64,000 nucleotides of DNA from an uncultured cyanobacterium (GCA_963697335.1 CAVONQ010000018.1:96001-160000), one strand, 5' to 3'; counted from the first letter of the stretch, positions 1 to 10,297 are shown. Translations and numbers: made by a program. Notes: generated by a model not told the origin, from the sequence alone.

Positions 1-657
1 CACCACCTGTTCCAGCGGCACGGCGCTGAACACTGGAGTGGGATGGCGCCCACTGAGCTCGGTGGGAATCTGCACGAAGCGGGGCAAGTTCTTCTGGGGC
101 ACCTTCACCCGGGCGAACTCCTGTTGACCGGTGTCGGGGTCGCGTACCAGCACCGCCACGTTGAGGCTGAGGTTGCTGATGAAGGGAAAGGGGTGGGAGG
201 GGTCCACCGCCAGGGGCGTCAGCACCGGGAAGATGGCTGTGCGGAAGTAGTCGTCCACCCAGTGGCGCTGGGCCTCGTTGAGGTTGGCGTAGTCGATCAT
301 CAGCAGGCCGTACTCCGCCAGATGGCTCTTGAGCGAGTGGCGGTAGTGCTGCTGCTGCAACTCCAGCAGGGGGCGGAGCTTGGCCTGGATCGCCTCGAGC
401 TGCTGCTGGGGAGTGAGGCCGTCATCGCTGAGGGTGGCCACCCCGGCGTCCACTTGTGACTTCAGGGAAGCCACCCGCACCATGAAGAACTCGTCGAGGT
501 TGTTGCTGAAGATGGCGCTGAACTTGGCCTGCTCCAGCAGCGGTGTGCGCTCATCGAGCGCCTGGGCCAGCACTCTGTAGTTGAACTCGATCCAGCTCAG
601 CTCCCGGTTGATGTAGAGCTCGGGAGGGACGATCGGTGCTGGCTGGGCTGAAGGCAT
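1..657 (-). CDS. ppk1: Polyphosphate kinase 1, N-terminal part (runs off the window start)
   Basis: Manual minus-strand translation from ATG 657: MPSAQPAPIVPPELYINRELSWIEFNYRVLAQALDERTPLLEQAKFSAIFSNNLDEFFMVRVASLK, the PPK1 N-terminal signature. Not in the ORF track because it has no stop in the window. Confidence 0.95.
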   Translation of the reverse strand, partial: MPSAQPAPIVPPELYINRELSWIEFNYRVLAQALDERTPLLEQAKFSAIFSNNLDEFFMVRVASLKSQVDAGVATLSDDGLTPQQQLEAIQAKLRPLLELQQQHYRHSLKSHLAEYGLLMIDYANLNEAQRHWVDDYFRTAIFPVLTPLAVDPSHPFPFISNLSLNVAVLVRDPDTGQQEFARVKVPQKNLPRFVQIPTELSGRHPTPVFSAVPLEQVV

Positions 658-695
658 GTGGAAAAGGTAGCAATCGGGTGGGACTTGTTCGGGTA

Positions 696-1973
696 TCAAC
701 CTGACTTGACGGAGCGCCCCGGCAGTCCTCCGGCCACCAGGGCCACGACCGCCAGCATCAGGGCGATACCCAGCCACAGCGGGCTTCTCCAGCTGATGGT
801 CTCGAAGGCCAGGCCCCCCAGGGGAGGACCGATGAAGCCCGCCAGACTCTGCAGTCCCTGCAAGCTGCCCAGGGCGGCCCCCTGGCCGGAATCGTCGAGG
901 CGGCGGGACACCAGGGAGCGCAGGCAGGGCGTCACCAGCCCGGTGCCCAGGGCCAGCAGGCCCACGCCGTTGAACACCAGCGTCGTGGCGTTGCTCCGTT
1001 CTGCCAGGGCGACCAGCAGGCAGCCCGCGATCACGAAACCGAGGCCGGCCAGGCTCAGCCGCCACTCGCCGAAGCGTTTGACCAGCGGACCGATCAGACC
1101 CCCCTGCACCAGGGTGGCGACCACGCCCACCACCAGGAAGGCGGCACCGGCCAGGCCCGGGCCCCAGTCGAAAGCCTGTTTGAAATAGAGCACCAGCACG
1201 GCGGTGAAGCCGCTGAAGCCGAGAAAGAACAGAAAGAAGGCGGCGCAGAGGCGACGCACCCGGGAATTGCCGAACACCCGCGCCAGCTGGCTGAAGGGTT
1301 GCAGGTCGCGGCGCCGCGGCAGGGGCAGGCGCGCCTCGGGGGGATGGGTCTCCGGCAGCACCGCCAGCACCAGCACCAAATTGAGCACCGCGATGCCCAC
1401 GGCGATCAGCAGCGGCAGGATCACATTGATACGGCCCAGCAGTCCGCCCATGGCCGGCCCCAGGATGAAACCGAGTCCGAAGGCCACCCCGATCAGTCCG
1501 AAGGCCTTGGCCCGTTTCTCGGGCGGGGTGATGTCCGCCAGGACGGCACTGGCGGTGGCGGCGGTGCCGCCACTGATGCCGTCCACGAGCCGTCCCAGGA
1601 ACAGCAGGCCCAGGGGCAGGGCGCTGCCGGCCGCCCAGGGGATGGTGCTCCAGTCGATCGAGAGGGTGAGGGCGAACAGGCCGAGGCCGAGCACCGATCC
1701 GCCCACACAGGCGGCGATCACGGGGCGGCGGCCGAGATGGTCGCTGAGGGCGCCGATCAGCGGCGTGAAGCTGAACTGGGCCAGGGCATAGCTGCCGGCC
1801 AGCAGCCCCAGGATGCGGCCATCACTGCTGAACCCCGCCAGCAGAAAGGGCAGCAGTGGAAAGATCAGCGACTCGCTCAGGCGGTCGTTGAGCAGCGTGA
1901 GGAAGGCGCAGGCCAGGGTGGAGTTGCGCGAACGCTGCAGAGGGGCCACGGGCACGCAGAGACGTGATCTCAC
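696..1973 (-). CDS. MFS transporter (TetA/DHA1-like family)
   Basis: About 12 hydrophobic segments and MFS motif A (GALSDHLGRRP). Start uncertain. Confidence 0.85.
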   Translation of the reverse strand: MRSRLCVPVAPLQRSRNSTLACAFLTLLNDRLSESLIFPLLPFLLAGFSSDGRILGLLAGSYALAQFSFTPLIGALSDHLGRRPVIAACVGGSVLGLGLFALTLSIDWSTIPWAAGSALPLGLLFLGRLVDGISGGTAATASAVLADITPPEKRAKAFGLIGVAFGLGFILGPAMGGLLGRINVILPLLIAVGIAVLNLVLVLAVLPETHPPEARLPLPRRRDLQPFSQLARVFGNSRVRRLCAAFFLFFLGFSGFTAVLVLYFKQAFDWGPGLAGAAFLVVGVVATLVQGGLIGPLVKRFGEWRLSLAGLGFVIAGCLLVALAERSNATTLVFNGVGLLALGTGLVTPCLRSLVSRRLDDSGQGAALGSLQGLQSLAGFIGPPLGGLAFETISWRSPLWLGIALMLAVVALVAGGLPGRSVKSG

Positions 1974-2075
1974 CCTCCCATGGCCCCTTGCCGCCGCCCC
2001 GTCGCCGCCCCGGGCCGGGCGCTTCCTTGCCCCCTGGCTGTTCTTCCATCAGGCTTGAGTCGCTCTCCGCTGTCC

Positions 2076-4268
2076 GTGGCCATCCCGTTGCCAGCCCAGT
2101 CCGCATCTGAGCCCGGCGGTTCCGCAGCTCCGCTGCGCCTTCTGCTGATCAGCCTGCATGGCCTGATCCGCGGCCACGATCTGGAGCTGGGCCGCGACGC
2201 CGACACGGGCGGCCAGAGCAAATATGTGGTGGAGCTCACCCGGGCGCTGGCTCGCCACCCCCAGGTGGCCGGGGTGGATCTGGTGACCCGCCTGGTGGCC
2301 GATCCAGCCGTGAGCGCCGATTACGCCGTGCCCCTGGAGCCGCTCGGGCCCGGGGCCCGGATCGTGCGGATCGAGGCCGGTCCGGCGGAGTACCTGCGCA
2401 AGGAAGAACTCTGGGACCACCTCGACAGCTTCACCGACAACCTGCTGGCCTGGATCCAGGCCCAGCCCCATCGGCCCGATGTGCTGCACAGCCACTACGC
2501 CGACGCCGGCTACGTGGGGGTGAGGCTGGCCCACCGCACCGGCCTGCCCCTGGTGCACACCGGCCACTCCCTGGGGCGGGACAAGTACCGGCGGCTGCTC
2601 TCCATGGGGCTGTCGCTGGAGCAGATCGAGAGCCGATACAACATCTCCCGCCGCATCGATGCCGAAGAAGATGTGATCACCCAGGCCTCCCTGGTGATCA
2701 CCAGCACCCGCAATGAGATCGAGGATCAATACGGGCTCTACGACGGCTACATCCCCGCCAAGATGGTGGTGATTCCGCCGGGCACCGATCTCGAGCAGTT
2801 CCATCTGCCAGAGGCCACACCGGCTGCGGTCTCCGACCACGACATCGCTGCCGCCGAGGCGTTCAAGACCAGTATCGACGCGTTTCTGAAGCAGCCGCAG
2901 AAGCCGATCATCCTGGCCCTGTCACGGCCCGATCTGCGCAAGAACCTGATCACGCTGGTGGAGGCCTATGGCGCCAGCCTGGCCCTGCAGGAGCTGGCCA
3001 ACCTGGTGATCGTGGCCGGCAACCGCGATGACATCCGCGACCTCGATGAGGGTCCCCAGGCCGTGTTCATCGAGCTGCTGCTGGCGATCGACAGCCACGG
3101 TCTCCAGGGCCGGGTGGCCCTGCCCAAGCACCACAGCGCCGAGCAGGTGCCAATGATCTACCGCCTCGCTGCAGCCTCGCGGGGGGTGTTCATCAACCCG
3201 GCCCTCACCGAGCCGTTTGGGCTCACGCTGCTGGAGGCGGCGGCCAGCGGGTTGCCCGTGGTGGCCACCGAAAACGGCGGGCCGGTGGACATCATCGCCA
3301 ACTGCCGCAATGGCCTGTTGGTGGATCCCCTCAACACCGAGGCCATTGCCGAGGCCCTGCTGGCGATCCTGGCCGACTCCCGCCGCTGGCAGTCCTTCTC
3401 CCGCAACGGTGCACGGCTGGTGGCTTGCCACTACTCCTGGGACGCCCACGCTGAGACCTACCTGCGCAAACTGCACCACCTGGTGGAGGGAAGCCTCGAC
3501 GTGCCGGCAGCGCCGATGGTGCGCAGCACCCGGGGGCACAGCAAGGCCCTGTTCACCGCGGTGGACAACACCCTGCTGGGCGACCGGGCCGGCCTCGACG
3601 AGCTCAGCACCGTGCTCAGGGGGCGGGGCAACGACTGGCTGTTCGGCATCGCCAGCGGCCGCCGCCTCGATTCGCTGCTGGGCATCATCCGCGAGTACGG
3701 CATTCCCCTGCCGGACATTCTGATCACCAGCCTGGGCACGGAGATCTACTACTCGCCGAACTGGTTGCCCGACCTGGCCTGGGCCTCCCACATCAACCAT
3801 CTGTGGACCCCGTGGATGATCCGGCGACTGTTGCGGGAACTGCCAGGCCTGCACCTCCAGGCCCGCAACGAACAGAGCACGTTCAAGTTGTCGTATCACT
3901 ACGACGCCGCCCTGGCGCCCCCGATGGAGGAGCTGCGGACCCTGCTGAGGCAGCACGAACTCTCGGTGAACCTCACCCTCTCCTTCGGGCAATTCCTCGA
4001 CCTGGTGCCGGCCCGCGCCTCCAAGGGCCAGGCACTGCGCTTCGCGGCCCAGCGCTGGCGGATTCCCCTGGAGCGCATCCTGGTCACGGGCGGTTCCGGG
4101 GGCGATGAAGACATGCTGCGCGGCAACACCCTCGGCGTGGTGGTGGCCAACCGCCATTGCGAGGAACTCTCCAACCTGGGCGAGACCGAGCACATCTACC
4201 TGGCCTCCCAGTCCCACGCCCGGGGCATTCTCGAGGCCATCGACCACTACGACTTCCTGAGCCTCTAG
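2076..4268 (+). CDS. spsA: Sucrose-phosphate synthase (GT-B domain plus C-terminal HAD/SPP-like domain)
   Basis: ISLHGLIRG..LELGRDADTGGQ, HSHYADAG and EPFGLTLLEAAA motifs. ORF track start is 1980; in-frame GTG 2076 is likelier. Confidence 0.93.
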   Translation: MAIPLPAQSASEPGGSAAPLRLLLISLHGLIRGHDLELGRDADTGGQSKYVVELTRALARHPQVAGVDLVTRLVADPAVSADYAVPLEPLGPGARIVRIEAGPAEYLRKEELWDHLDSFTDNLLAWIQAQPHRPDVLHSHYADAGYVGVRLAHRTGLPLVHTGHSLGRDKYRRLLSMGLSLEQIESRYNISRRIDAEEDVITQASLVITSTRNEIEDQYGLYDGYIPAKMVVIPPGTDLEQFHLPEATPAAVSDHDIAAAEAFKTSIDAFLKQPQKPIILALSRPDLRKNLITLVEAYGASLALQELANLVIVAGNRDDIRDLDEGPQAVFIELLLAIDSHGLQGRVALPKHHSAEQVPMIYRLAAASRGVFINPALTEPFGLTLLEAAASGLPVVATENGGPVDIIANCRNGLLVDPLNTEAIAEALLAILADSRRWQSFSRNGARLVACHYSWDAHAETYLRKLHHLVEGSLDVPAAPMVRSTRGHSKALFTAVDNTLLGDRAGLDELSTVLRGRGNDWLFGIASGRRLDSLLGIIREYGIPLPDILITSLGTEIYYSPNWLPDLAWASHINHLWTPWMIRRLLRELPGLHLQARNEQSTFKLSYHYDAALAPPMEELRTLLRQHELSVNLTLSFGQFLDLVPARASKGQALRFAAQRWRIPLERILVTGGSGGDEDMLRGNTLGVVVANRHCEELSNLGETEHIYLASQSHARGILEAIDHYDFLSL

Positions 4269-4337
4269 GGCCTGGACCAGCGCCCCCCCGCGTCAGACTC
4301 GGCTGGCGTTGACGTGTGGGGAGGGTCCCCTCGGCTG

Positions 4338-5714
4338 ATGGCCTCCGATCCCCGCTCGGCTTTGCAACCCCCACCTCAGACTGGGCAACGGCCGCTGCCC
4401 CCCTCGCGGCTGTTGCTCTGCAGTGATCTCGACCGCACCCTGGTGCCGAACGGCCACCAGAGCGAATCCAGCGCGGCCAGGGGCCTGTTCGCCCGCCTGG
4501 TGCAGCGCCCCGAGCTCACCCTGGCCTACGTGTCCGGCCGGGATCCGGCCCTGGTGGCCGAGGCGATCGAGCGCTACGCCCTGCCCGTTCCGGCCTGGGT
4601 GGTGGCCGATGTGGGCACCACCATTCTGGAGGTGGCGTCGTCTGGGTGGATCCGGCACCGGGGCTGGGATGGGGCGATCGCCGCCGACTGGGGCGGCCGC
4701 AGCGGCGAGGAGCTGTGGCCACTGCTGGAGGACCTGCCGGAGCTGCGGCTGCAGGAGCCCAGCCGCCAGAGCCTCCACAAGCTGAGCTTCTATGTGGACC
4801 CGGCCCTGGAGCTGGCGCCGCTGCGGGCCCAGATCGAGACGCGGCTGGCGCATGAGGGGGTAGCGGCCAGCGTGATCCACAGCCTGGATGGGGCGGCCGG
4901 CGTGGGCCTGCTGGATGTGTTGCCCGCTTCCGCCACGAAACTGCACGCCGTGCGCTTCCTGATGGCCCAGCTGGGCTTCGGCCGCGACGACACCCTGTTC
5001 GCCGGCGACAGCGGCAACGACCTGCCGGTGCTCCAGAGCGAGCTGCGCTCGATCCTGGTGGCCAATGCCGACCCGGCGGTGAAGCAGGCCCTGGGTCTGC
5101 CCGCTCCTGCCCGGGAGCAGATCTATCTGGCCCAGGGGGAGTTCATGGGCATGAACGGCAACTACGCCGCAGGGGTGGTGGAGGGGGTGGTGCACCACTG
5201 CCCCGGGGCGGCGGCCTGGTTGGTGGAGTCTTGGCTCACCCACCTGAACAGCCGCGGCGAGGCCCGCATGGTGGAGGTGGGGGAGCGGCCCTCCAGCCTG
5301 CGCAGCGCCGTGGCGGAGGGCTTCATCAGCATGGATCCGGCTCTGCTGGCGGCGGTGCTGGAGGGCCGCACCGCCAAGGGGGATGTGCTCGCCGTGGCCC
5401 GGGTGGCGGCGATTCAGGCGGCCAAGCGCACCTCGGAACTGATCCCCCTCTGCCACCCCCTGGCCCTGACCGGCCTCGACGTGACGATCGAGCCAGCCCA
5501 GCAGCGCTCCGGCCTCAGGGTGGAGGTGGCGGCCCGCACCACCGGTCCCACCGGGGTGGAGATGGAGGCGCTCACGGCGGTACAGGTGGGCCTGCTCACC
5601 CTGTACGACATGGTGAAGTCCAGGGATCCCGCCATGACCATCGGGCCCGTGCGGCTGGTGCGCAAGGACGGTGGGCGCCATGGGCTCTGGGTCCGCCCCG
5701 AAGCAGAGGTCTGA
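4338..5714 (+). CDS. moaC: Fusion of HAD-IIB sucrose-phosphatase-like domain and MoaC (cyclic pyranopterin monophosphate synthase)
   Basis: N-terminal CSDLDRTL and [11 protein letters not shown] motifs. From about 5235: LTHL...[50 protein letters not shown] (MoaC signatures). Single open frame. Confidence 0.88.
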   Translation: MASDPRSALQPPPQTGQRPLPPSRLLLCSDLDRTLVPNGHQSESSAARGLFARLVQRPELTLAYVSGRDPALVAEAIERYALPVPAWVVADVGTTILEVASSGWIRHRGWDGAIAADWGGRSGEELWPLLEDLPELRLQEPSRQSLHKLSFYVDPALELAPLRAQIETRLAHEGVAASVIHSLDGAAGVGLLDVLPASATKLHAVRFLMAQLGFGRDDTLFAGDSGNDLPVLQSELRSILVANADPAVKQALGLPAPAREQIYLAQGEFMGMNGNYAAGVVEGVVHHCPGAAAWLVESWLTHLNSRGEARMVEVGERPSSLRSAVAEGFISMDPALLAAVLEGRTAKGDVLAVARVAAIQAAKRTSELIPLCHPLALTGLDVTIEPAQQRSGLRVEVAARTTGPTGVEMEALTAVQVGLLTLYDMVKSRDPAMTIGPVRLVRKDGGRHGLWVRPEAEV

Positions 5715-5720
5715 GACGCC

Positions 5721-6965
5721 ATGGCTGAACCGTTCCCCGCCGAGGGCCTGCCCCTGGACGCTGCCCGCCGCCAAGTGCTGGAGGCCCTGCAACCGCTCTC
5801 CGGCTCGCAAGAGGCGCCCCTGGCCGCGGCGCTGGGCCGGGTCACGGCCGCGGCGGTGGTGGCGGCCCAGGCGGTGCCGGGGTTCAGGGCCTCGATCATG
5901 GATGGCTATGCGCTGGCCGGCTCGGCGCTGCCGCCGCAGCTCGACAGCCGCTGGCGGCTGGTGGGCCGCTCCGCTCCCGGCGCTCCGTTCGAGCGCCCGC
6001 TGCAGAGCGGCGAGGCCGTGCGCATTCTCACGGGGGCGCCGCTGCCTGAGGGCTCGGAGCGGGTGCTGCCCCAGGAGCTGGTGGGGATCGATCCGGCCGG
6101 CGCCGAGCTGGTGCTGCAGCGCGCCGCCGGAGAGAACCCCTGGATCCGGGCGGCCGACGAAGAGGCTGCCCCCGGCCAGGTGCTGATCGAGGCCGGCCAG
6201 CGCCTCGGGCCCGCCGACCTGGCGCGGCTGGCCAGCTGCGGCGTGGCCTCCCTGTCGCTGCGGCCGCAGCCGCGGCTGGGCCTGCTGATCAGCGGCGATG
6301 AGCTCACACCCGTGGGGCAGCCGCGGCCAGCGGGGGCGATCTGGGAGAGCAACGGCACCCTGCTGGAGGCGCTGCTGGCGCGGCTGGGCTACGGGGTTGA
6401 GGCCTGCCTCGTGGTGGCCGATGACCCCCAGAGCCTGCGGCGGGCCCTCGAGCAGCTGGCGGCCAGTTGCGATGTGGTGGTGAGCACCGGTGGCGTGTCG
6501 GCAGGCGACAGCGACTGGATCCGCCCCCTGGTGGAGGAGCTGGGTGCGGTGGCGTTCTGGAAGCTGTTCCTCAGGCCGGGCCGCCCCTTCGCCTTCGGGC
6601 AGGTGCTGGGCCGGCCCTTCTTCGGCCTGCCAGGCAATCCGGTGGCGGCGGCGATCACGGCGCTGCAGCTGCTCTGGCCGGCCCTGCAGCGGCTGGAGGG
6701 CGCCGAGGTGGCGTTGCTGCCACGCCTGCAGGTGCAGCTGGCCACGCCCCTGCGCCGCTCCCCCGGGCGGCCGGAGCTGGCCCGGGCCCGCCTGGAGGTG
6801 AGCGCCTCCGGCCAGCCCCTGGCCAGGCTGGAGGGCAGCCAGGCCTCATCCCGGATCGGCTCGCTGCAGGGGGCGGATCTGCTGCTGGAACTCCCCGCCG
6901 ACTGCGCTGGCCTCGAGGCGGGGGCCAGGGTCTGGGCCCAGTTGTTGCGGCTGCCGCTCTTCTGA
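5721..6965 (+). CDS. moeA: Molybdopterin molybdenumtransferase
   Basis: SIMDGYA, RILTGAPLP, SGDEL, STGGVSAGDSD and GLPGNP motifs. Confidence 0.95.
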   Translation: MAEPFPAEGLPLDAARRQVLEALQPLSGSQEAPLAAALGRVTAAAVVAAQAVPGFRASIMDGYALAGSALPPQLDSRWRLVGRSAPGAPFERPLQSGEAVRILTGAPLPEGSERVLPQELVGIDPAGAELVLQRAAGENPWIRAADEEAAPGQVLIEAGQRLGPADLARLASCGVASLSLRPQPRLGLLISGDELTPVGQPRPAGAIWESNGTLLEALLARLGYGVEACLVVADDPQSLRRALEQLAASCDVVVSTGGVSAGDSDWIRPLVEELGAVAFWKLFLRPGRPFAFGQVLGRPFFGLPGNPVAAAITALQLLWPALQRLEGAEVALLPRLQVQLATPLRRSPGRPELARARLEVSASGQPLARLEGSQASSRIGSLQGADLLLELPADCAGLEAGARVWAQLLRLPLF

Positions 6966-6982
6966 GCGGGGGGCCTGGAGCT

Positions 6983-7441
6983 TCAGAAGGCGGTGTTGCC
7001 CTCCACCCAGCGGCTCTCGCCGCTGCGCAGCCACTCCCGTTTCCAGAACGGGGCGTCGTGCTTGAGGGCTTCCAGCAGGGCCTGGCAGCAGCGCTGGGCG
7101 GGGCCACGGCGGTCGGCGGCCACGGCCACCAGCACGATGGCGTCCCCTGGCAGCACCCGGCCCACCCGGTGCTGCACCAGCAGGGCAGCGACCCCATGGC
7201 GCTCGCCCAGCTCCTGGGCCTGGCTGCCCAGGCAGTGCTCCGTCATGCCGGGATAGTGCTCCAGCTCCAGGGCCTCCAGGGGCTCCCCCCGGCCGTCATG
7301 GCCCCGCACCCGGCCGATGAACCAGGCTTCGGCGGCGCTGGCACCGAGCGGCCCCTCGGCCAGGGCCCGCTGCCAGCTCTGGAGCTGTTGCAGCGGATCA
7401 AAGGGCTGGGGCCGCAGCGCGAGGGTCACCTCCACGGTCAA
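6983..7441 (-). CDS. moaE: Molybdopterin synthase large subunit
   Basis: FIGRVR, LELEHYPGM, HRVG and LKHDAPFWKRE motifs. Confidence 0.93.
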   Translation of the reverse strand: MTVEVTLALRPQPFDPLQQLQSWQRALAEGPLGASAAEAWFIGRVRGHDGRGEPLEALELEHYPGMTEHCLGSQAQELGERHGVAALLVQHRVGRVLPGDAIVLVAVAADRRGPAQRCCQALLEALKHDAPFWKREWLRSGESRWVEGNTAF

Positions 7442-7803
7442 CCCCCGCTGATCGGCGGCAGGAAGGCCAGCTCGTCGCCCGCTTGCAAGGGCTGCTCCGC
7501 TGCGGCAAAGCGCTGGTTGATGGCAACGCGCAGGCCGGCCGGCCAGCCCAGGGGGGGCCTGGAGCTCCCGCTGGCCGGCTCCAGGGTCTCACCGAGTTCC
7601 AGCTGCTCCCAGATGTCCAGGGCCGAGACCGGCCCGCTCACCGGCAGGGCCAGCTGCCGTTCGCTCCAGCCGGCCCGCTCCCGCAGTGAGGCGAACAGCA
7701 GCACCCTCAGTTCGCCGCCACCACCGCTGCCGCCCCCAGGAACCCCAACGCCCCCGCCCAACGGCTGCGATTCTCGGCTCTGAGGCGGGGTTGGCTTCGG
7801 CAT
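7438..7803 (-). CDS. moaD: Molybdopterin synthase sulfur carrier
   Basis: VLLFASLRERAG and C-terminal GDELAFLPPISGG. Start may lie further downstream. Confidence 0.9.
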   Translation of the reverse strand: MPKPTPPQSRESQPLGGGVGVPGGGSGGGGELRVLLFASLRERAGWSERQLALPVSGPVSALDIWEQLELGETLEPASGSSRPPLGWPAGLRVAINQRFAAAEQPLQAGDELAFLPPISGG

Positions 7804-7886
7804 GGGTGAGAGGATCGGAACCCTGCACCGGAGCGGCCTGGTGCCGGGTTCAATGGACCCACAATGGCGCTTTGGAGCCGATTCGG

Positions 7887-8396
7887 GTGGGTCTTTCCAT
7901 CGCCTTGCTCAGCGTGTCGGACAGCCGCACCCTGGCGGAAGACCACTCCGGTGACGCCCTGCTGGAGCGCCTTCTGGCGGCGGGCCACCGGCTGGCCGAT
8001 CGGCAGCTGGTGCCCGACAACCGCTATCGGATCCGGGCGGCCCTGAGCAGCTGGATCGCCGACCCCGCTGTGCAGGTGGTGATCAGTTCCGGCGGCACCG
8101 GCCTCACCGGCCGGGACGGCACCCCCGAGGCCGTGGCGCCGCTGCTGGACAAGACGATCGACGGCTTCGGAGAACTCTTCCGGGTGCTCTCCTTCGAGAC
8201 CATCGGCACCAGTTCCCTGCAGAGCCGTTGCCTGGCCGGGGTGGCCAACGGCACCGTGGTGTTCGTGCTGCCGGGCTCCCTCGATGCGGTGCAGACCGCC
8301 TGGGACCGCCTGATCCAGGCCCAGCTCAGCGCCGAGACCCGTCCCTGCAACCTGGTGCAGCTGCTGCCGCGTCTGGGGGAACCCAGCGGCGACTAA
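7887..8396 (+). CDS. moaB: Molybdenum cofactor biosynthesis protein B
   Basis: LSVSDSR, SGGTGLTGRDGTPEA, LPGS and RPCN motifs. In-frame GTG at 7887. Confidence 0.92.
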   Translation: MGLSIALLSVSDSRTLAEDHSGDALLERLLAAGHRLADRQLVPDNRYRIRAALSSWIADPAVQVVISSGGTGLTGRDGTPEAVAPLLDKTIDGFGELFRVLSFETIGTSSLQSRCLAGVANGTVVFVLPGSLDAVQTAWDRLIQAQLSAETRPCNLVQLLPRLGEPSGD

Positions 8397-9460
8397 CCGC
8401 CCAGGTAGGCCATTTCGGCGTGGGGAGCGCCAGCTCCCGGCTCCAGGCTGGCCCGCTCTTCGCTGTAGCGATCGTGGCGCTGACTCCACAGTGCCTGCAG
8501 CCTGGTGCGCAGTCCGGCCGGATCGGGCCGCGGCCGCAGCCAGGGCTTCAGGTCGGTGCCGGCGGTGCCGAACAGGCAGGTGAAGGCCTGGCCATCGGCC
8601 GTTACCCGCAGCCGGTTGCAGTCGCCGCAGAAGGGCGCCGAGATCGACGCCACCACGGCCAGGTGCAGGTCGTCAGCGCGATCCAGATAGCGCCAGCGGC
8701 TGGCGGTGCCGTGACGGGCCCGGCCCTGGGGCTGCAGCGGCCAGCGGGCGCCGATCCGCTGCACCATCTCGGCGGCGGTGAGCACCTGATCCGGGCTCCA
8801 GCCGTTGCGGTTGCCCACATCCATGAACTCGATCAGCCGCAGCTCCACCCCCAGCTGCCTGGCCAGGGCGGCCAGGGGCAGCACCTGGTCGGCGTTGCGG
8901 CGCCGATCGATCACCGCATTCAGCTTGAGCTCACCGCGCCCCGGATCGAAGCCCGCCTCGCGGGCGTGGCTGATGGCGGCCAGCACCCGGGCCAGCAACA
9001 GCTCGCCCTGGCTGGCCCGGCCGCTCATGCGCCCCACGCTGGCCCCATCGGCCCCATCGAGGCTGATCGTGATCCGGTCGAGGCCCGCCTGGCGCAGGCT
9101 CCTGGCCCGCTCGGCCGTGAGCAGCACCCCGTTGGTGGTGAGGGCGATCTCCCGCAGCCCGGAGGCTTGGCGCAGCTCCTGCACGGCGCTGATCAGGGCC
9201 TCCAGCCCGAGGTGCAGCAGGGGCTCACCCCCGGTGAGCCGCAGGCTCGAGAAGCCCAGGCCGGCGGCCACGGCGATCAGGCTGCGTCGCTCCTCCAGCT
9301 GCAGCAACTCCGGAGGGTCCTGGTCATCGGGGCAGCAGTAGGGACAAGCCAGATTGCAGCGCGCCGTCAGGGACAGCCGCAGCACTCCGGGGCGCCGGCC
9401 CAGCTGGTCCAGTTCGGCAGCAACCACGACGGCGGAACGCGAAGGCAACGGTGCTGTCAG
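8393..9460 (-). CDS. moaA: GTP 3',8-cyclase (radical SAM)
   Basis: CNLACPYC, LTGGEP, FCGDCNRLR and C-terminal MAYLGG. Start approximate (9460, 9448 or 9427). Confidence 0.93.
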   Translation of the reverse strand: MTAPLPSRSAVVVAAELDQLGRRPGVLRLSLTARCNLACPYCCPDDQDPPELLQLEERRSLIAVAAGLGFSSLRLTGGEPLLHLGLEALISAVQELRQASGLREIALTTNGVLLTAERARSLRQAGLDRITISLDGADGASVGRMSGRASQGELLLARVLAAISHAREAGFDPGRGELKLNAVIDRRRNADQVLPLAALARQLGVELRLIEFMDVGNRNGWSPDQVLTAAEMVQRIGARWPLQPQGRARHGTASRWRYLDRADDLHLAVVASISAPFCGDCNRLRVTADGQAFTCLFGTAGTDLKPWLRPRPDPAGLRTRLQALWSQRHDRYSEERASLEPGAGAPHAEMAYLGG

Positions 9461-10116
9461 CCTGTCGCCCGGGGCGCCGGACTGACGAGACCGGCGGGAC
9501 CGAATCCCGGCCAGTCTGCGGGGCGGTTGCAGTTGAGGAGGGCGGTGGCGGGGAGCTGCACGGGGTGGATGGTGTGGCGGGCCAGCCAGCCATGCATGCT
9601 GCGGTGCCCGCTGGCCAGCCAGGTGTGCAGATCGCTGCGCAGGGCCTCGGTGGCGGGGTAGATCCCGAGCAAGGGGTGCAGGCGCGCTGCATCGCTGGCC
9701 ACGCACAGCTGCTGGGGCCTCTCCTCGGCGCGGCGCAGCAGCTGATCGAGGCTGGGGCGATCCAGCCAGGGCATGTCCACCGGGCAGAGCAGCAGGCGCT
9801 CGCCGGGGTGACGCTGCATCAGATGGCCAAGGGCCTGCAGGGGGCCCTGGGGGGGGATGGGTTCCTCGATCAAGTCCAGGGCTACGCCCATGGGCAGGCC
9901 CTGGCCCCCCCGCAGGGGCTCTGCCAGCTGCCGATGGCTCTGGTGATTGCTGCAGAGGCTGATCGGTGCCCCCAGTTCAGCCAGCAGCTCCAGGGTGTGG
10001 CTGAGCCAGGTGCCTCCGGCGGGGTGCCCCAGCAGGGCCTTGTCCAGGCCCATGCGTCGGCTGCCGCCGCCACTCAGCAGGCAGCAGCGCAGGGAAGCCG
10101 GGGTTGGGCTCGGCAT
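9457..10116 (-). CDS. mobA: Molybdenum cofactor guanylyltransferase
   Basis: LSGGGSRRMGLDKA, QGPL, CPVDMP and NCNRP motifs. Confidence 0.9.
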   Translation of the reverse strand: MPSPTPASLRCCLLSGGGSRRMGLDKALLGHPAGGTWLSHTLELLAELGAPISLCSNHQSHRQLAEPLRGGQGLPMGVALDLIEEPIPPQGPLQALGHLMQRHPGERLLLCPVDMPWLDRPSLDQLLRRAEERPQQLCVASDAARLHPLLGIYPATEALRSDLHTWLASGHRSMHGWLARHTIHPVQLPATALLNCNRPADWPGFGPAGLVSPAPRATG

Positions 10117-10175
10117 GGGGGCCTGGGCAAGACGGTGGGGTGCTGCATCGGCTGAAATGGCGTCAGCTGACCTCG

Positions 10176-10189
10176 GTAGCGTCAACCAC
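10176..10189 (+). promoter_or_regulatory. Putative NtcA box upstream of nrtP
   Basis: GTA-GCGTCAAC-CAC, one mismatch to GTA-N8-TAC, about 110 bp before the nrtP start. Confidence 0.55.
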
Positions 10190-10297
10190 AGAAAAAGGAC
10201 AGGCTGTCTGGTGTAGTTGCGATGCGGCTTGCATGATGCGCCGCTGAACAGATCTGGCTCAGCGTTCGGAAGCTTCGATCATAATTCCCACCTCGAC

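Noticed and set aside
696..1973. Tetracycline resistance gene
   Set aside because: Only family-level MFS similarity; no tetR or mobile context, and substrate cannot be inferred.
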